Position numbers and translations under genes: made by a program. DNA of 64,000 nucleotides from Candidatus Omnitrophota bacterium (GTDB lineage: Bacteria > Omnitrophota > Gorgyraeia > Duberdicusellales > 4484-171), in NCBI GenBank assembly GCA_003154195.1, contig PMCS01000029.1, positions 132,547 through 196,546 on the forward strand. Direction: 5' to 3'. How positions within the stretch are numbered: position 1 is the stretch's first letter; each line of letters opens with the position of its first letter. Positions 62,881-64,000 of this stretch are shown here, one piece after another. The notes beneath the pieces were generated by a model. The model ran no database searches. It was not told the DNA's origin and was given only the letters and a program-made list of their open reading frames with translations.

Positions 62881-63600
62881 ATGTACCAACACCGTTTCTA
62901 CCGCGAATCCATTCCCTCGGCTTTTCGTTTGGAGATTGCCTACCAAGAAAGCGATTTGCTGATTTGTTCCGATAAGCCAATCGATAAAGAATCGGCTTTT
63001 GCCGCCGCGAAGAAGTACCATCGTCAAATAGAAACATACACAAAAATAAACCCGGCCTTTTTAAATTCTCTTTCCCCCCTGCGGCAGGATAAGACCGGCG
63101 CGCCGATTGTTCAAGATATGCTTGCCGCCTGCGCTTTAACCGGCATCGGGCCGTTTGCCTCGGTTGCCGGAGCAATCGCGATGTATGTCGGCGCAGAAGT
63201 CTTTAACGCGGCTGGCGAGTTAATCGTCGAAAACGGCGGCGATATATTTTTAAAAATAAACGAGGATAAAAAACTCGCGGTTTATTTAGGCGAACATTTT
63301 CGCGAGCAAACAATTTATCTTAAAATAAAAAAACGCGCTCAACCCTTCGGTATCGCTTCTTCTTCAGCTTATATCGGCCACAGCCTTAATTTCGGCAAGG
63401 CTGATTTAGTAACCGTGGTCGCCGATGACGCCATTTTAGCCGATGGTTTTGCCACCGCCCTTTCCAATACCGTCAAGACTCCGGAGGATATCCCCGCAGT
63501 AATCGAACGCGCTAAGGCAAGCGGTTGTATCAGCGGGCTGCTTATTGCCGTAGCGGGAAGAATTGCCTTATGGGGGGAGATGGAGATAGATGGCCGATGA
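62881..63600 (+). CDS. conserved hypothetical (UPF0280/ApbE-like resemblance, tentative)
   Basis: GIGPFASVAGAIAMYVG glycine-rich segment; family not certain. Confidence 0.35.
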   Translation: MYQHRFYRESIPSAFRLEIAYQESDLLICSDKPIDKESAFAAAKKYHRQIETYTKINPAFLNSLSPLRQDKTGAPIVQDMLAACALTGIGPFASVAGAIAMYVGAEVFNAAGELIVENGGDIFLKINEDKKLAVYLGEHFREQTIYLKIKKRAQPFGIASSSAYIGHSLNFGKADLVTVVADDAILADGFATALSNTVKTPEDIPAVIERAKASGCISGLLIAVAGRIALWGEMEIDGR

Positions 63601-63722
63601 TCAGGCGGCAGATAAACAGATTGAAATTTTTTTAAAGTTCAATAATTTTAAAAACAAAAAGGGAGTCGAAAACTCGACTCCCTTTTTGTTTGGTAGATGG
63701 TTTTCGCTGAAAGTGAAAACCA

Positions 63723-63804
63723 TGCGCGGGGTGGGAATCGAACCCACACGGGTTACCCCATGCGCCCCTCAAACGCATGCGTCTGCCAGTTCCGCCACTC
63801 GCGC
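63723..63804 (-). tRNA. tRNA-Leu (anticodon GAG), class II
   Basis: D-arm GCGG/CGC, anticodon stem TGCGT/GCGCA with loop TTGAGGG, long variable arm GGGGTAACCC, T-arm GGGTTCGATTCCC; one A-C mismatch in acceptor; 5' 18 nt duplicated at 63923-63940. Confidence 0.65.
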
Positions 63805-64000
63805 GTAATGTTTTCCTTTACTTTCAAAAGTTTTAAGCCTGGCTAATGTCTTATGCTGTCGCGTAAGCATTGCGGGAACCGCGAATTAAAAGCTTATGTC
63901 TTGCTTCGCAAGACCGCGGTTGCCGCCACTCGCGCGTTATTTTTTTGCTTCACAAAAAATAAATGAGTCATGCGTTGCATGACAATTTTCGTATCTTAGA

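Overview
The window looks like the origin-proximal region of a bacterial chromosome of moderate GC, possibly from an uncultivated lineage with giant genes (that guess is inference). Read left to right it carries: pyrR-pyrB; an envelope-stress cluster (ECF sigma, anti-sigma, receiver, Spy/CpxP-like); recQ; a staphylococcal-nuclease-like gene; a HEPN/MNT pair; and two AT-rich islets inserted next to a tRNA-Asp/Val/Leu/Cys cluster, each bounded by a ~230-bp direct repeat carrying the tRNA-Asp 3' end. It continues with yicC-gmk-rpoZ, ndk, parB-parA, four parS-like palindromes, yidC-yidD-rpmH with no rnpA between, and dnaA-dnaN-(DUF721/DciA-like)-gyrB-gyrA. Further right are tRNA-Glu, glmS, rsmI and housekeeping or hypothetical genes, a Lrp regulator flanked by large hairpin repeats, a transglutaminase/TPR/PilZ cluster, pyrK with in-frame heptamer tandem repeats, a Phd/RelE pair, a 2474-aa secreted repeat-rich giant ORF, and PAC2, YjeF-N, MBL and tRNA-Leu genes. 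The window is unusually dense in at least six families of structured intergenic repeats (MITE/REP-like), several sitting exactly against start codons, plus many short tRNA-end duplications. No CRISPR array, rRNA or recognisable integrase/transposase gene was seen.
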